Shown: positions 26,601 to 39,502, counted from the first letter of the stretch. The stretch: 64,000 bases of DNA from Tubiluchus corallicola (GCA_030141605.1 JAQGDQ010000084.1:496001-560000); one strand, 5' to 3'. Program-made: numbers and translations. Notes: generated by a model not told the origin, from the letters alone.

Positions 26601-27286
26601 CATAATTAGTCTTAAAACTTTCAGTTACTGTAGGAATCACCATTAACATCTTAAATATTTCATGACTAAGTGTAGCTGCTGGTATCATACCTACAATGTA
26701 TAGACTAAGTTACATTTTTTAATATTATATACAGTATAAACAAAGGTATAGCCTGAAAAAGCAAAAAATATAATGTGCGTGTGCTCATGTGTATATTATA
26801 TGACTTGGCAAGTCGAATAAACTTTCAACTACGGTAAGTAGTAAGGCTAACTGTTTGTGGTGTGTTAACGCATTCGTTTGATAAATTCTCTTCGGCGAAG
26901 CATTGTCGTATACAGTTTAGTTTGAATTGTAGCCATGGCAAAGTTCTAGGACATAACTGTAGTACACATTCGTAAAACGAACCAGTGCTTGAATACCACC
27001 AACGTGCGCGACGAAGAGACAATTACAATTTGTGACAAGCAAGTCTGGCACTGTGATTTATATTTTAATCTCGGTACACAACATGCTTTTAATGGATAGT
27101 CAATTTGTGTTTGTAGGTCATGTTTTGTTACATTAATATGCGTCCCGCGGTTCCACATTCAACGCCCAATAGATTACGTGTTCATTATGATATACCTGAC
27201 ACCTCTTTTGGAAATTTGACGAGCGTGAATGTTGTGTAAGAGAGCTGTCTTTTGGGATTATAACATTATGTGGACAGAACGTTGCT

Positions 27287-27859
27287 TTAAAGGAAAACCG
27301 GATCCAATCTTGAACTGTAGATCAAAACAGTCGACTTTTTAAATATTGAAAGGAGACATACTATTTTTAAAGACTGACTTACGTGAAAGATATATTACCA
27401 TGCAAAAGTAATTTCCTGTTCCCGCGGCTGGTTCTTCGCTGTTACATGCATTTCGCCATTCGTTAGTTAGATGGGCACTAGCGCCTGCATTTTGGAAACG
27501 TGTTGCATGAAAAATAGGCGCTGTACCTCTCATGCGTGAGCACAGCGGCAAATTTAAAATTTCAGTTTTATGTTAAAACTTGCCTAGATTAAGTACGACA
27601 CACTTAATCTCTTACAGCAGCACTGTACTTCAATTTTCGTTTTCGCAAACACGTGCAACACGCTCGTGGAATATTTGTGCTGTTGAAAATTGTGTTCGTT
27701 TGTGACGTCATCACTAGCTGGGTTCGCCCGCCGTTAGTTAAAATTTTAATCTATTAGTCAATTATCAGAAATGCCTTGGCGCTATTATATGTGTTAAAAA
27801 ATATATATTTTACCATACTTCAAAACGGGGTATGATATGAAAAGATCGTTTTGCTTTAA
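27287..27859 (+). mobile_element. MITE family A
   Basis: TTAA|AGGAAAACCGG...TTTGCT|TTAA. Confidence 0.87.
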
Positions 27860-28901
27860 TTCCTATGAAGCTGCACCAAATTCTTTGGTTTCGCATTCAA
27901 AAAGTCCGACGCAGGATTATTAATTACAAGGCCCAATTTTTCACACATTTTCTGGGTCATCTACTGTTATGCGGTGTAAATAGTTTCTCACTGTCAGACT
28001 GTGGTATTTGATGATAGACGCGTAATCTGTCAAATAAACCTTGTAAGAAATGACAAGTTTACGAGAGCGTGCCGCTTGATAGTACTGGAGGGGACGTTTA
28101 ACAACATTTTTCAAAAGAACAGTGTGCTAGACTGCGGGATTTTTTTAGTTTATTTTCTTGTACGAAAGCTGAAATGTTTTTTCGGTAAAGTGTCGCTTCA
28201 ACAATCTTGATCAAATGGGCTACCCAAGAACTGTCGCCATGTCGGCAAAGCAACTGGTTAATTTAACACTTTTGGACTAGACCACTAGGCGACTAGAAAG
28301 GCGTGACTGGCATACAAAAACGGCCATTCTTTTTACAAAATCCGCTGTAATCATGCATAGAAAACGCACCCAACTCCCAGTTTTTTGAAAATTTTGACCG
28401 AACAGCCTATAAAAAAACGTTCAAGTAGTTCCTGGTGGGACTCTTGGGAAGAGACGAATAGCTCTTTTGAAAGAAGAGGAATGAGGCTACACGGTGATAT
28501 TTTAGGACGCCTCCACCAAGAGGAGTGGCGACGAGTTGATTAGGAGGTTCCATTTTTGGCTATTCTCGTTTAGAATCTACAGTGACGTTTACATTGTTCT
28601 GACGTCATTCCATTGTACTCTGCCTATAATTTTGCTTCAACAAAAGTTGCTGGCTTTACGTTAGGTAGATAAATTAACACAATGTAGCATTCATTACAAG
28701 TGCATCTGTACGCAAAAATTTTTGCGGAGCCTCTGCTGATATTACTATAATCATCCACACGACCTTCATTAACTCCACCACCATTATCATCGTACCTGTC
28801 TTCATTATTGCCTTCATTGTACATTCACAACTTTTACTGAGGTGAGTTAACCCGCCAAACGTCTGCACAGCAGTTTTTGTTTCATATATAAAATATGATA
28901 T

Positions 28902-29519
28902 TTAAAACAAAACCGGTTCCAATCTAAAACTGTAGGTCAAAACAATCTACTCTTTAATATATTGAAAGGAAACATACTATTTTTTTTCAAAAATGACTTA
29001 CGTGAAAGAACTATTACCACACAAACACAATTTCACGTTTGCGCCACTTGTTCTTCGCTGTTACATGCATTTCACCATTCTCTAGATAGACGGGCACTGG
29101 CGCCTGTATTTCGGCAACGCATTGCACTAAGAACAGGTGCTGTACCTCTCATTTCAGATGTGTTGGTTTGTGATGAACTACACACGTTCTACAGCTCTTG
29201 CGTGAGCACAGCGGTAAATTTGAATTTTTGTCATAAAAATTGCCTAGTTTTAGTACAACACACTGAATGTCTTACAGTAGCACTGTACTTCAATTTTTAG
29301 TTTTGCATACACATGCAACACGATCGTGAAATATTTTTGCTGTTGAAAGTTATGTTCGTTTGTGATGCCATCAATAGTTGGGCTCTCTTGCCGTTAATTA
29401 AGTTTTTAATCTATAGTTTATCAGAAACACATTTGCAGTATTAATTATGTTAAAATCCATATTTTTTATCGGATTTGAAAATGGGGTGGTATATGAAAAA
29501 TCATCCTGTCTTCTTTTAA
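28902..29519 (+). mobile_element. MITE family A
   Basis: full-length similarity, TTAA at both ends. Confidence 0.88.
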
Positions 29520-30281
29520 TGAATCGTAATGGCTGTTGTGATGGCTTGAAAAAGCACGTCATTTTGAACAGGTTCTTCCGAAATCAAAAGGAAGATGATA
29601 ATTATATTCCGAGTGACAACGATTTGTCCTAATAAACACATCTTTGCCAAGTCAATGCAAAACGCAAATATATATGAAAAAATACGATGAAATAGCCGAG
29701 TTGTTTATACTGGTCGACGTAAGTTTGCAGTTCATTCCCGAAATGCGTGCAGGTACTTCGAGAATAATTGATTATTACGCGTGAAAGGAGAAACAATTGC
29801 TGCAAAATGTCACGTTTATGTGCATTAAATTGTAAACGAGAGCTTTTAACCTTGATCGTATAAAATGTGACCCAAAAATAGACTAGACTAAGCCGAAAGA
29901 AAAAAGTCCCTGTTAGACTGCTTAATTATTCCTACGCAGATTTAGCAGTACTTAATTACGTGCATTTACAATCGTGACACTGTCAAGATAATTTAGATTA
30001 GTCTGAGCTTACTAATTTGCAAGATTGCTCTGTGCATCGCAAGGTAAATCCGTGAAGAGACGTGTAAGTGAGTGAAAATGTGCAATGCTGAACGTGCTTT
30101 CTTCATTGTTAACAGCATTACAGATTTGTGCAAGCATTGGTTACATTTGAAACTTATTATCTATGACATCCTAATTTAGAGAGTGAGCTGATAACACTTT
30201 TAGTTTCATTGCTTTTATAGAGCGCGCTTAGTCGTTAACTGTGTATATTTGTGTGGAACCAATGTGGGAATAAGAATTTTC

Positions 30282-31269
30282 TGTAACATGGGCACATTAA
30301 CAGTTGCATCAACGAATATCTCAAAGCTGCATTGTAAGATGGGCCATTAACAGTTGCAACAACGAATATCTCAAAGCTGCATTGTAAGATGGCACATTAA
30401 CAGTTGCATCAACGAATATCTCAAATCTGCATTGTAAGATGGGCCATTAACAGTTGCAACAACGAATATCTCAAAGCTGTATTGTAATATGGCACATTAA
30501 CAGTTGCAACAACGAATATCTCAAAGCTGCATTGTAAGGTGGGCACATTACATTTGCAACAACGAATATCTCAAAGCCACATTGTAAGATGGGTACATTA
30601 CAGTTGCAACAACGAATATCTCAAAGCTATGTTGTAAGATAGGCACATTTACAGTTGCAATAACGAATATCTCAAAGCTACGTTGTAAGATGGGCACATT
30701 AATAGTTGCAATAACGAATATCTCAAAGCTACGTTGTAAGATAGGCACATTAACAGTTGCCCACAACGAATATCTCTGGGCTACGTTATAAGACAGCATT
30801 CACAGTTGCGACAAATATTTATGGGCTACGTTGTAAGATTGGCACACTAAAAGTTGCAACAACGAATATCTGAAAGCTGTGTTTTAAGATGGGCACATTA
30901 ATAGTTGCAACAACGAATATCTCAAAGCCACATTGTAAGATGGGTACATTACAGTTGCAACATCGAATATCTCAAAGCTATGTTGTAAGATAGGCACATT
31001 TACAGTTGCAATAACGAATATCTCAAAGCTACGTTGTAAGATGGGCACATCAATAGTTGCAATAACGAATATCTCAAAGCTACGTTGTAAGATAGGCACA
31101 TTAACAGTTGCCCCCAACGAATATCTCTGGGCTACGTTATAAGACAGCATTCACAGTTGCAACAAATATTTATGGGCTACGTTGTAAGAATGGCACACTA
31201 AAAGTTGTAACAACGAATGTCTCTCAAAGCTGCATTGTAAGATGGGTACATTAACAGTTGCAACAATGA
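30282..31269 (+). repeat. 50-51-bp minisatellite, about 20 units, with a 351-bp higher-order duplication
   Basis: GGGCACATTAACAGTTGCAACAACGAATATCTCAAAGCT... repeated; a 7-unit block recurs. Confidence 0.95.
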
Positions 31270-31796
31270 ATCCTTCTGTCTCGGAAGACAATGGAGTGTG
31301 CGCCAAGAGAGTCAGTTATTGATCACATTGATAGACCTGCAGCGTCGACTGTGGCTGAGAAGTCCGATCCTTGAACCATTGGAGTGGCCTCTCCAGGGCA
31401 CAAGCCTGGGCAAGGTGTATGGAGATCATGAGTTGCCCAGACAACAGGAACCTCCTCTCTTCCTTCTTGGTGTAGTCCAAAGGAAAGCGGAGCGATACGT
31501 TTGGCACCAGGTTGGCTGCACTGGTCCGCCTTCGGGGCTCCAGTGATTTGGAAGGTTTAGTCCTCTACACATGGCCGTTGGGTCACTTGACCTCCTCCAC
31601 ACTCTAGCATTTGGCTGCTCGTGCAGATGCTAACCGCCTGGTGTTGAGATACAGTGTGGGCATCCCGCAGGCCTACAGCACCTGGTATTCCTAGGCGGTC
31701 ACCCATTCAAGTACTAATCAGGCTCTACATTGGTTAACTTCGGTGATCAGGTGATCAGACGAGAACCGGTGTTTTCAACGTGGTATGGCCGTAGAT
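31270..31796 (-). mobile_element. 5S-rRNA-derived SINE (SINE3) with RTE-like body and tail
   Basis: full 5S head runs without a T terminator into a GC-rich 400-bp body ending CTCCATTGTCTTCCGAGACAGAAGGAT, recalled as similar to RTE-clade UTRs. Confidence 0.72.
31671..31796 (-). pseudogene. 5S rRNA-derived sequence (SINE head)
   Basis: TCTACGGCCATACCACGTTGAAAACACCGGTTCTCGTC...AGTACTTGAATGGGTGACCGCCTAGGAATACCAGGTGCTGTAGGC; 8-bp internal duplication. Confidence 0.92.
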
Positions 31797-31899
31797 AAAA
31801 GCTACGGTATGTCATTGATTTTCTTACATTGTGTCGATTTCTGTGTGTGATCTGGGTTCTGAGTTCATGTCCTGGTTGGCCCACAATTTTTCATTACAT

Positions 31900-32478
31900 T
31901 TTTTCAGTTAATTACTGTAAAATCAGGGTAATTTCTGTAAAAGTATAATGTTCTTAATATTGCTCGTGTATTGATCAATTAAAATTTTCTTTATTAATCT
32001 GGAATTTTCTAATAAGGACGCTTAAGCTGTATTGATCAATTAAAAATTTCTTCGTTAATCTGGAATGTTCTATTAAGCATGCGTAAGCTTTAAAGTCAAC
32101 TATCACCTCAGTTACTCCTCAATTTCAAGCTTTCCTAGCTCCTCTAAATACGGCTAATTCCTAACCCCAATGAAAGGAAAGAATACGGTTTGTTTGCACA
32201 TTTTGAACAAAACAGCAGTATACAGGTACACAGCATACACGCATTATGCTTTGTATAAACTGACTTGAAGTACAGAAGGGTAAACGGTCTACTGTTCCTT
32301 CTGCATTGAGATCGTTGAAAGTTGAAGTATCTTTGTCAAGAGTTTCAATGTACTCTGCACGTCTAATCGTTGTGTTTGTCCACCCTGGCGCTACTTGTAC
32401 ACTAGTTTGACCGTCTGAGGGTTTCGCCATGGCGCTTTCAAAAGAGTTTGAAGGGCCCTTGGATTTCACTATTAACAA
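31900..32478 (-). pseudogene. putative SPFH/band-7-like gene, N-terminal part (105-codon ORF, then stop-riddled continuation)
   Basis: RVCCVPVYCCFVQNVQTNRILSFHWG*...A*N*GVTEVIVDFK...IRKFQINK resembles the SPFH N-terminus; manual alignment only. Confidence 0.4.
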
Positions 32479-32588
32479 AATGGAGTAGGATATTGGATTT
32501 AGTCTGAAATGAGCTAACCTAAGTGTCTCCTGGTAGAATAAGTATAGTGACTTCTACGTTATTACGTATCGAACTACTGCAATGAACA

Positions 32589-33205
32589 TTAAAACAAAAC
32601 GGGACCCAATCTTAAACTGTAGGTCAAAACAATTTGTTCTTTAAAATATTGAAAGGAAACATACTATTTTTTCAAAAATGACTTACGTGAAAGAATTATT
32701 ACCACACAAACACAATTTCACGTTCCCGCCATTAGTTCTTCGCTGTTACATGCATTTCGCCCTTTGCTACTTGGATGGGCACTAGCGCCTGCATTTTGAA
32801 AACGCATTGCACAGAAAACAGGTGCTGTACCTCTCTGTTCAGTGTGTTAGTTAGTGACGAACTGTACACGATCGACAGCTCATGCGTGAGCACAGCGGTA
32901 AATTTGAATTTTTATCTTAAAACTTGCCTAGTTTTAGTACTACACACTGAGTGTCTTACAGTAGCACTGAACTTCAATTTTCGTTTTTACACACGTGCAA
33001 CATAATCGTGGACTATTTTTGCTGTTGAAAATTATGTTAGTTTATGTTGTCATCAATAGTTGCACTCGCCCGTCATTAATTAAGTTTTTAATCTATTATT
33101 TAATTATCAGAAATGCTTTTGCATTATTAATTGTATTAAAATGTATACTTTTTATCGGAGTTGAAAATGGGGTAATATATGAAAAATCACCTTGTCTTCC
33201 TTTAA
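32589..33205 (+). mobile_element. MITE family A
   Basis: full-length similarity, TTAA at both ends. Confidence 0.88.
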
Positions 33206-33679
33206 GCAACCCATATTTTATATTCACATATAATTTGCAAGTTAAGGTTTTTGCTTTAGATTTCAGTTTATTTCAGTATGTAAAATGCAAGATGAAAGAT
33301 ACAAAATTACACCAAGGACTAGGACATACTAAAACTAATAAATACTACTTGTATGTACTTTTAAAAATACAAATAAGATAATAATAAAATTATACAAGTA
33401 TCGTTTTATAAATTATATATAGAATGATATATGTATGATTAGGGTTAAAGATGTGTGTATCATGCAATATAAAACCAGTTTTTCAGTACAAATAGTCGTT
33501 AATTAAATCACGTTTTTGTTCAGGACGTTAATATTACTGATGCTTGATTGTTGTAATGCATTCATGGGCCCACCTCATTGCTACCTAAACAGTGAAAATT
33601 TAGAAGAGAAATCACTATATGTAAAGGATGAAGAGTTGTATGAGTCTGAGATAACGGTTACCAGAATTGGAAGTTGAAT

Positions 33680-34300
33680 AATTTGAAAATATATTTTATT
33701 TATACAACCTGGAATGTAGCTATACGTAAATTATGGAAACAGCCGTATAGAACTCACAAGTATAGAACTGCCGGTACCGTTCAAAAGCGGTGTCTTAAAT
33801 TCTATGTAGCATGTAAAAATAGTAGTAACTCGATAATTACGTTTATAGTCAAACACACATTATATGACGTAAACTCAATAATGGGTTTCAACTTGCATAA
33901 AATTGTTATAGAAAGTAATGTTACCCTGGAAGATGTATTTAGAAATTTTCATACATTATCTCGTGAAATTGTGAAAAGATGCGAGGTAAGTTCCAGGCAG
34001 CTAGAGACAATAAACTTAGCAAAATATTGTATAAGTTGTATTGAAAACAGGAATTTTAATTTTTTATCAAAGTATTACTTGAGAGAAATGTTAGAATATG
34101 TGGTGTCTTATTAAATTAATTGCTTTGTTGTTTTGTATGTAAATAATATCCGTGCTTGTTTTTTGTTGTTGTTGTTGTTATCAGTGTTTAATACTTATTT
34201 TTAGTTTTACTGCTAGTCTACTAATTTCTTTTAATTGAACCACTTATGTAACTTAACTGTACATGTGTGTTCGAAAATAAATGACGTTACTAATAATAAT
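33680..34300 (+). mobile_element. non-LTR retrotransposon 3' end (RT C-terminus, RTE-X-like) with (TAA)n tail
   Basis: YTTWNVAIRKLWKQPYRTH...KRCLKFY...S.NSII motif; AATAAA then (TAA)n. Confidence 0.78.
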
Positions 34301-34790
34301 AAGTATTCCCGACCCGTGATTCATGACCCCTCCCGACCTTTGTGGCTTATTGCCTGCCTCAGAAATGATCTTTGACCTATTTTAATCTTTGTTGTAGATT
34401 TATCAATGTTTACATTAGTATAGTATGTTAAGTTTCATTTTTCCTATTTTGTATCCATCCAGCTAAACATTCTGTACGTTATCACTCGCTTCGTTGGTGA
34501 TCTATTCAATTTTTCATACACACACGAAGTTTTTTCAAATCGTGATTAAATGCTCAATGAAATGTAAAGTTCTATTTGCCCCGTGGCTGTAGCCTTTTCA
34601 GTTTCGGTGTAATGTGAAGATTTCTGTCTGATAAGTTGTACCTTCACTCGAAACCGGAATCTGCCGGATTGTACATTTGCCTTTGGAATGTAGTGCACAG
34701 TATTGCCCGGATGCACATTTTCTCCACTTCCTTTTTGTTAAAAAATGTTTCTACTAACTTGTATTTTTTACGTTTTGTTTTTTTTTGTAG

Positions 34791-34900
34791 GAAAATATCT
34801 GTCTGTTCCTGGAGACGTGTCACACTTACTTTGGATTAGCGTCCCACTTACTGTTCACACCTGATGACCTTGAAGAGCTCTTTGTAGAAGATTTTAACAG
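34791..34900 (+). CDS. LMO7: LMO7-family exon C: ENICLFLETCHTYFGLASHLLFTPDDLEELFVEDFN(S); GC donor
   Basis: TACTAAC branch at 34752, long T tract + tag acceptor; CH motif NI..FL..C...GL....LF.P.DL; AG|gcacgt end gives the phase 2 needed by the next exon. Confidence 0.88.
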
Positions 34901-34906
34901 GCACGT

Positions 34907-35320
34907 ATTCAATTCAATTCAAATTTTTATTTCGGTAACTAAGACCGTATAAAATACAAGTACTATACTAAAACGTAATAAAATACTACAAAATAAAAAT
35001 TACAAAAGTAAATATATATATATACAAGGTTAGGTAAATTAAAAACTAGATAAATTTTAGAGGCTAGTTATGTAATAAATCGTTCCGTTTCACAAAAAAG
35101 CGAGACTTGACTAGTCTACGTGAGTTAATAATAGTAGTTATAATACTATTGCCAGTGTACAGTACTAACCTATTTCGAAAGCTATAACATGACCTTCTGC
35201 GAATATGACTAGCATTGTTTTGCAATGTCGTATTGAAACGTTTAAGCAAAACTCACTGTTCAACACTATACGTTTTTATAAGCTTAACAAACAGGTCGAT
35301 AGATGTCGCCAGCAATGTGT
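34907..35320 (-). mobile_element. LINE 3' end with (TTGAA)n tail, inserted 6 nt after the exon C donor
   Basis: AATAAA + (TTGAA)n tail on the minus strand; upstream RRRSCYSFRNRL...NSII peptide. Confidence 0.6.
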
Positions 35321-35359
35321 CATTGTTTCTGTACTTTGATTTAATTTACTACATGTTTT

Positions 35360-35675
35360 ATGTTGTCAATAAGATTAAAAATACGTTTTTTGGTTAGTGA
35401 GTGGCACACCCTAGAGAGTAAGCCAGTGACATTTTACCAATTTGCACGAACATTTTAAATTATTATTTCTAGTGACATAAGTCTTTTCAGCAGGTAAGCG
35501 AAATGCAAAGTAATATAACTTTGCATGGAAAGTTTTTTGGGACATTGCCTTTTCTTCCCCTGATTTACGTTGTGCATATATGACGTCATGTAAAGGCGTC
35601 ATGGTAACAGTACTGCGGGAAATTTAAAATGAAAACAAACAAAAAATTCTTTTAACGCGAGTACGATAAGCGATT
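35360..35675 (-). repeat. dispersed repeat family D
   Basis: reverse complement of 10590-10940. Confidence 0.75.
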
Positions 35676-35759
35676 AGCGAATTCCCTCTTTAGGAAGTCG
35701 TATACATGCATTCGTCTCTTATACGTCAATACCCTCTTGTCCCATGTGATTACTAAGAT

Positions 35760-36255
35760 TATTTATTTTTGAACATACATGTACAGTTAAGTTATGTAAG
35801 TGGTTCAATTAAAAAAAGTTGGTAAACTGGCAGTAAAAGTAAGAACAAATAGTAAACAGTGACAACAACAACAAAAACAAGCACTGATGTTATTTACATA
35901 CAAGAAAACAAAGCAATTAATTTAAAAAGACACCACATATTCTAACATTTCTCTCAACTGATACTTCAATAAAAAATTAAAATTCCTGTTTTCAATACAA
36001 CTTATAAAATCTTTTGCTAAGTTTATTGTCATTAGCTGAATGGAACTTACCTCACATGTTTTTTACCATTTTACGAGATAATACATGAAAATTTCTAAAT
36101 ACATCTTCTAAAGTAGCATTATTTTCCATAACAATTTTACACAAGTTGAAACCCATTATTAGGTTACGACATGTACTGTGTGCTTGGCTAAGTTAATTAT
36201 CGAGTTACTACTATTTTTAAATGCTACATAGAATTTAAGAAACCGTTTTGTAAAA
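35760..36255 (-). mobile_element. second, inverted copy of the same LINE 3' end
   Basis: about 500 bp reverse-complement similarity to 33780-34290; a further tail fragment lies at 56290-56395. Confidence 0.8.
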
Positions 36256-36818
36256 TGCTTACTAGGCTGAACGAAAAAGAATATTATTATATGAGTATAT
36301 AATATATATGAATATTGCATAATCATGACTGATACATCGGCGACCGAAGTTCTTTTTAGGAAGTCGTGTATATACATTCGTCTCTGATATGTCAAGTATC
36401 TTAGTAATCATTGGTCGATCCATCAGCCGTAACATCATCTATACAGATATAATTACAAGGGCGCATTGCTCCAGTAAACAGCAATAAGACTGCCCTAGTA
36501 ATTGTAGCAGTAGTAGTTGGAATTTTTGTGCTAAACGAATTCAAAGGTCATCAGCCCTTGCTAAATTGGCCACTCATTTTATTCATTATAGGCGATTTGT
36601 TTGTCAGCCATTTTTGTCTTTGTCTGCCCCTGTTTAAAGTTATGTCCAATTATAATTAACTCAGCAAGGTCAGTGTTGTCGTATTGCAGTGGGAAATAGG
36701 AGATATCCGCCCAGTGTGTTGTTTGCTTTTTCTGTTCAGTGTAACAATCGTTATGGAGTCTCTTCTGGTTTTTCGTATTTGATGTTCTGCAATAAACCGT
36801 CCATGGGACATATGTTTC

Positions 36819-37334
36819 TTAAAGGAAAGGTTAAGCCATCTGGGAAGTTAGGTTTATTTCAACGTTTGCAAAGAATGTTGGAGGGTTTAATAAAACTGCG
36901 CCTCGTGTAAGCGCCTCGTGTAATTACTAAAATTGAACCGTAAAGTCGATATCACTTCGTGCTTGGACGCTCCCATTTTCAATGCCCATTCTTCCACCAA
37001 TGACGTCATTCGTCCTGAAGAAAAGTAGCGCACTGTCAGTCTTCGTCAAAAGTATAATATGTTTTTGAAACATTAGATAGGTAATTTTGTAACATTAGCT
37101 GCAGCAGTTTGAATTAGTTTAAGCACAAATTCCACCAGTTACGTCATATAATTTTCAAATGAATGGCGGCTGCCATGGCGTCCTGATGTTCTGCACAGCG
37201 GTAGTATAAATTAACTTCACGCTTTAAAGACAGTATTTTTTTACAATTTTTTTTAATTATGTTTTTCTAAGTTCATGTGATAAAATAAAACAGCAAAAGA
37301 AACCCAAGGTGCGCACTGACTTCTTTTCTTTAAG
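36819..37334 (+). mobile_element. Kolobok-type MITE family C
   Basis: TTAA|AGGAAAGGTTAAGCC...TTTTCT|TTAA. Confidence 0.82.
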
Positions 37335-37718
37335 GCATTTTATTTACCGTTTTCAAAGATGCTTGTTGCAAGGTACATTATTTGCATTATTTTATTTTAC
37401 TGAAATTAAATAATAAATAAATAAATAAATAATCAAAAAAATTGTGATATGTGTACACTATTTTTATATACGTGTACTAGGTATATGATATGTATCTAAG
37501 TCTTAATTTATTTTTTCGTATAAACAGAAATATAATACGTCAAATATATCGGCATATGTAATGTCTGTCAATGTAAGTGTAATGTATGGGAAATCTTCAT
37601 ACTGCCAAATTTATGGGAAATCTTCACCCCCGTACAACGTATTTTCGTTAAAATTCGATTAAATTTTCATGGAATCTCCGTAAAATCTGTGTATTTCGTT
37701 AAATGCACTATTCTTTCG

Positions 37719-38269
37719 TTAAAGGAAGACCACACGATTGTTTAGATTCAATCTCATAATAATTTACTGTCTCAAATATACGTTTTCTTGTCTATAAAAG
37801 TTAACAATTGTTTCTTATATTTGAATAATTAGCTTAGAAAGTTAATTAATGGCAATCGAACACAACTATTTCTTACGTCAGAAACTAACCACGGTTTGTG
37901 CAATGGCAGGCATCTCCCCTTGCGCGTCAAGCACGTTTGCCTAAGTGTTACTGTTTATACGCATGATGTCACGAAAATGGGCTGTACGTCACATGACGTC
38001 AGAAACTAACACTGCAGTTCATGATCATGGTTATCACTGTACCGCCTTCTATTTGTCGGACACGCGAATGTGACAAAAAGGCGCCGCTGCCAATCTTAGT
38101 AGATTCACTGAGCCACGCGTAGCTTTGAAAGTTTAACGAAGTTTGAGTATCCGTGGTAATTATTATTTGATCTAAGCTTTGATTTAAAAAAAGCTATTGT
38201 AGTTTTCCATATTTTAGAGCATTCTTTATTCTGAACTCATGTTTACACAATCATCCGGTTTTCCTTTAA
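37719..38269 (-). mobile_element. Kolobok-type MITE family B
   Basis: TTAA|AGGAAGAC...CCGGTTTTCCT|TTAA; inverted homolog at 50119-50647. Confidence 0.87.
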
Positions 38270-39019
38270 AATCGGTAAGTATTCGAAGAAACCGAATTAT
38301 GCACGTATCGTGTTAGAGCTTCTTTACCTCTGCTTAGTAGTGTATAGCACCATCTATTTGGAAAGCCTGTCTTTTGTTAGTGTAACATAGCAAAGTTTGC
38401 AAGCTGTTGGCGTACACTTTCACAGAACATGTGCATTCTCGCTTCACGTGGTTGAAGACCCCGATGTGAGATTCCTCCCTCCTGCACTCGGGTGGGTCGG
38501 TTTACATTCACTGGTTTCATCGCAGCGGCGGCGTATGCACGCTGTTTTCGTTTCACTTTCCCACATGAGACTACAGAGAGTTGTTCAGCACGTGCAGGCT
38601 GCTGCTGCTGATGCTGACGCTTCATTCACTGTTTGATACCCTGCCGTCGTTCGCTAGTTTATTATCTGTTAGTTGAAGCCTTACAATGTGTACAGTTTCT
38701 ACGCTGGTGAGTATTGACTTCTGCATGGCTTGTATTTCTTCATTTTAAAGGTTGTAAATTTTCATTGTTTGCTTATAACATCTACTGATTCAAGTCAGTT
38801 TTTATTACAGGCACATAAAAACATTTGTAGTTAAAAACAACACAACTTTATTTAAAACTTTTACGTTTAAAAAGCTGAAAGTTAAAATAATGCCAAACGT
38901 TTGGACAGGCTACTGCTGCCATTATCAACGGTAAATTTACAAACATACAACCAGTTCATATGGGCAGAGCCTATTATGCACTAATTAAGTAGTTAACAGA
39001 AGACAAATAGGTAATAAAT

Positions 39020-39278
39020 AACCCTACTCTTGACTCCTGACTTCGTGGCCTGTTCGTGACGGGATGGCAACCCTATTCTTGACTCCTGACTTCGTGGCCT
39101 GTTCGTGACGGGGTGGCAACCCTACTCTTGACTCCTGACTTCGTGGCCTGTTCGTGACGGGGTTGGCAACCCTACTCTTGACTCCTGACTTCGTGGCCTG
39201 TTCGTGACGGGGTGGCAACCGTACTCTTGACTCCTGACTTCGTGGCCTGTTCGTGACGGGGTTGGCAACCCTACTCTT
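39020..39278 (+). repeat. 49-50-bp GC-rich tandem repeat x5
   Basis: ACCCTACTCTTGACTCCTGACTTCGTGGCCTGTTCGTGACGGGGTGGCA. Confidence 0.93.
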
Positions 39279-39502
39279 ACGTAATGATCCATGGAACAGT
39301 TCTGTTAACGTTTACATTTTAATGTGAATTTTTGCGAGGTGTGTATTTAAACATAACGTCTTCGGATCACAATGATTCATCACATACCTTTAGCTGTATG
39401 ACACGTAATTGAAATTTACAAGTTTTGACTGATGTTAGAAACATTTATAGTTAAAACACCATAACTTTATTAAAACTTTTAATTTACATGGTTAAAAATC
39501 AT

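Noticed and set aside
28240-28580. minus-strand MEPPNQLVATPLGGGVLKIS as a middle SPFH exon
   Set aside because: Only a short motif resemblance, an in-frame stop follows the acceptor, and the 31900-32160 continuation covers the same region
31671-31796. functional 5S rRNA gene
   Set aside because: 8-bp internal duplication, substitutions, no oligo-T terminator, continues into a SINE body
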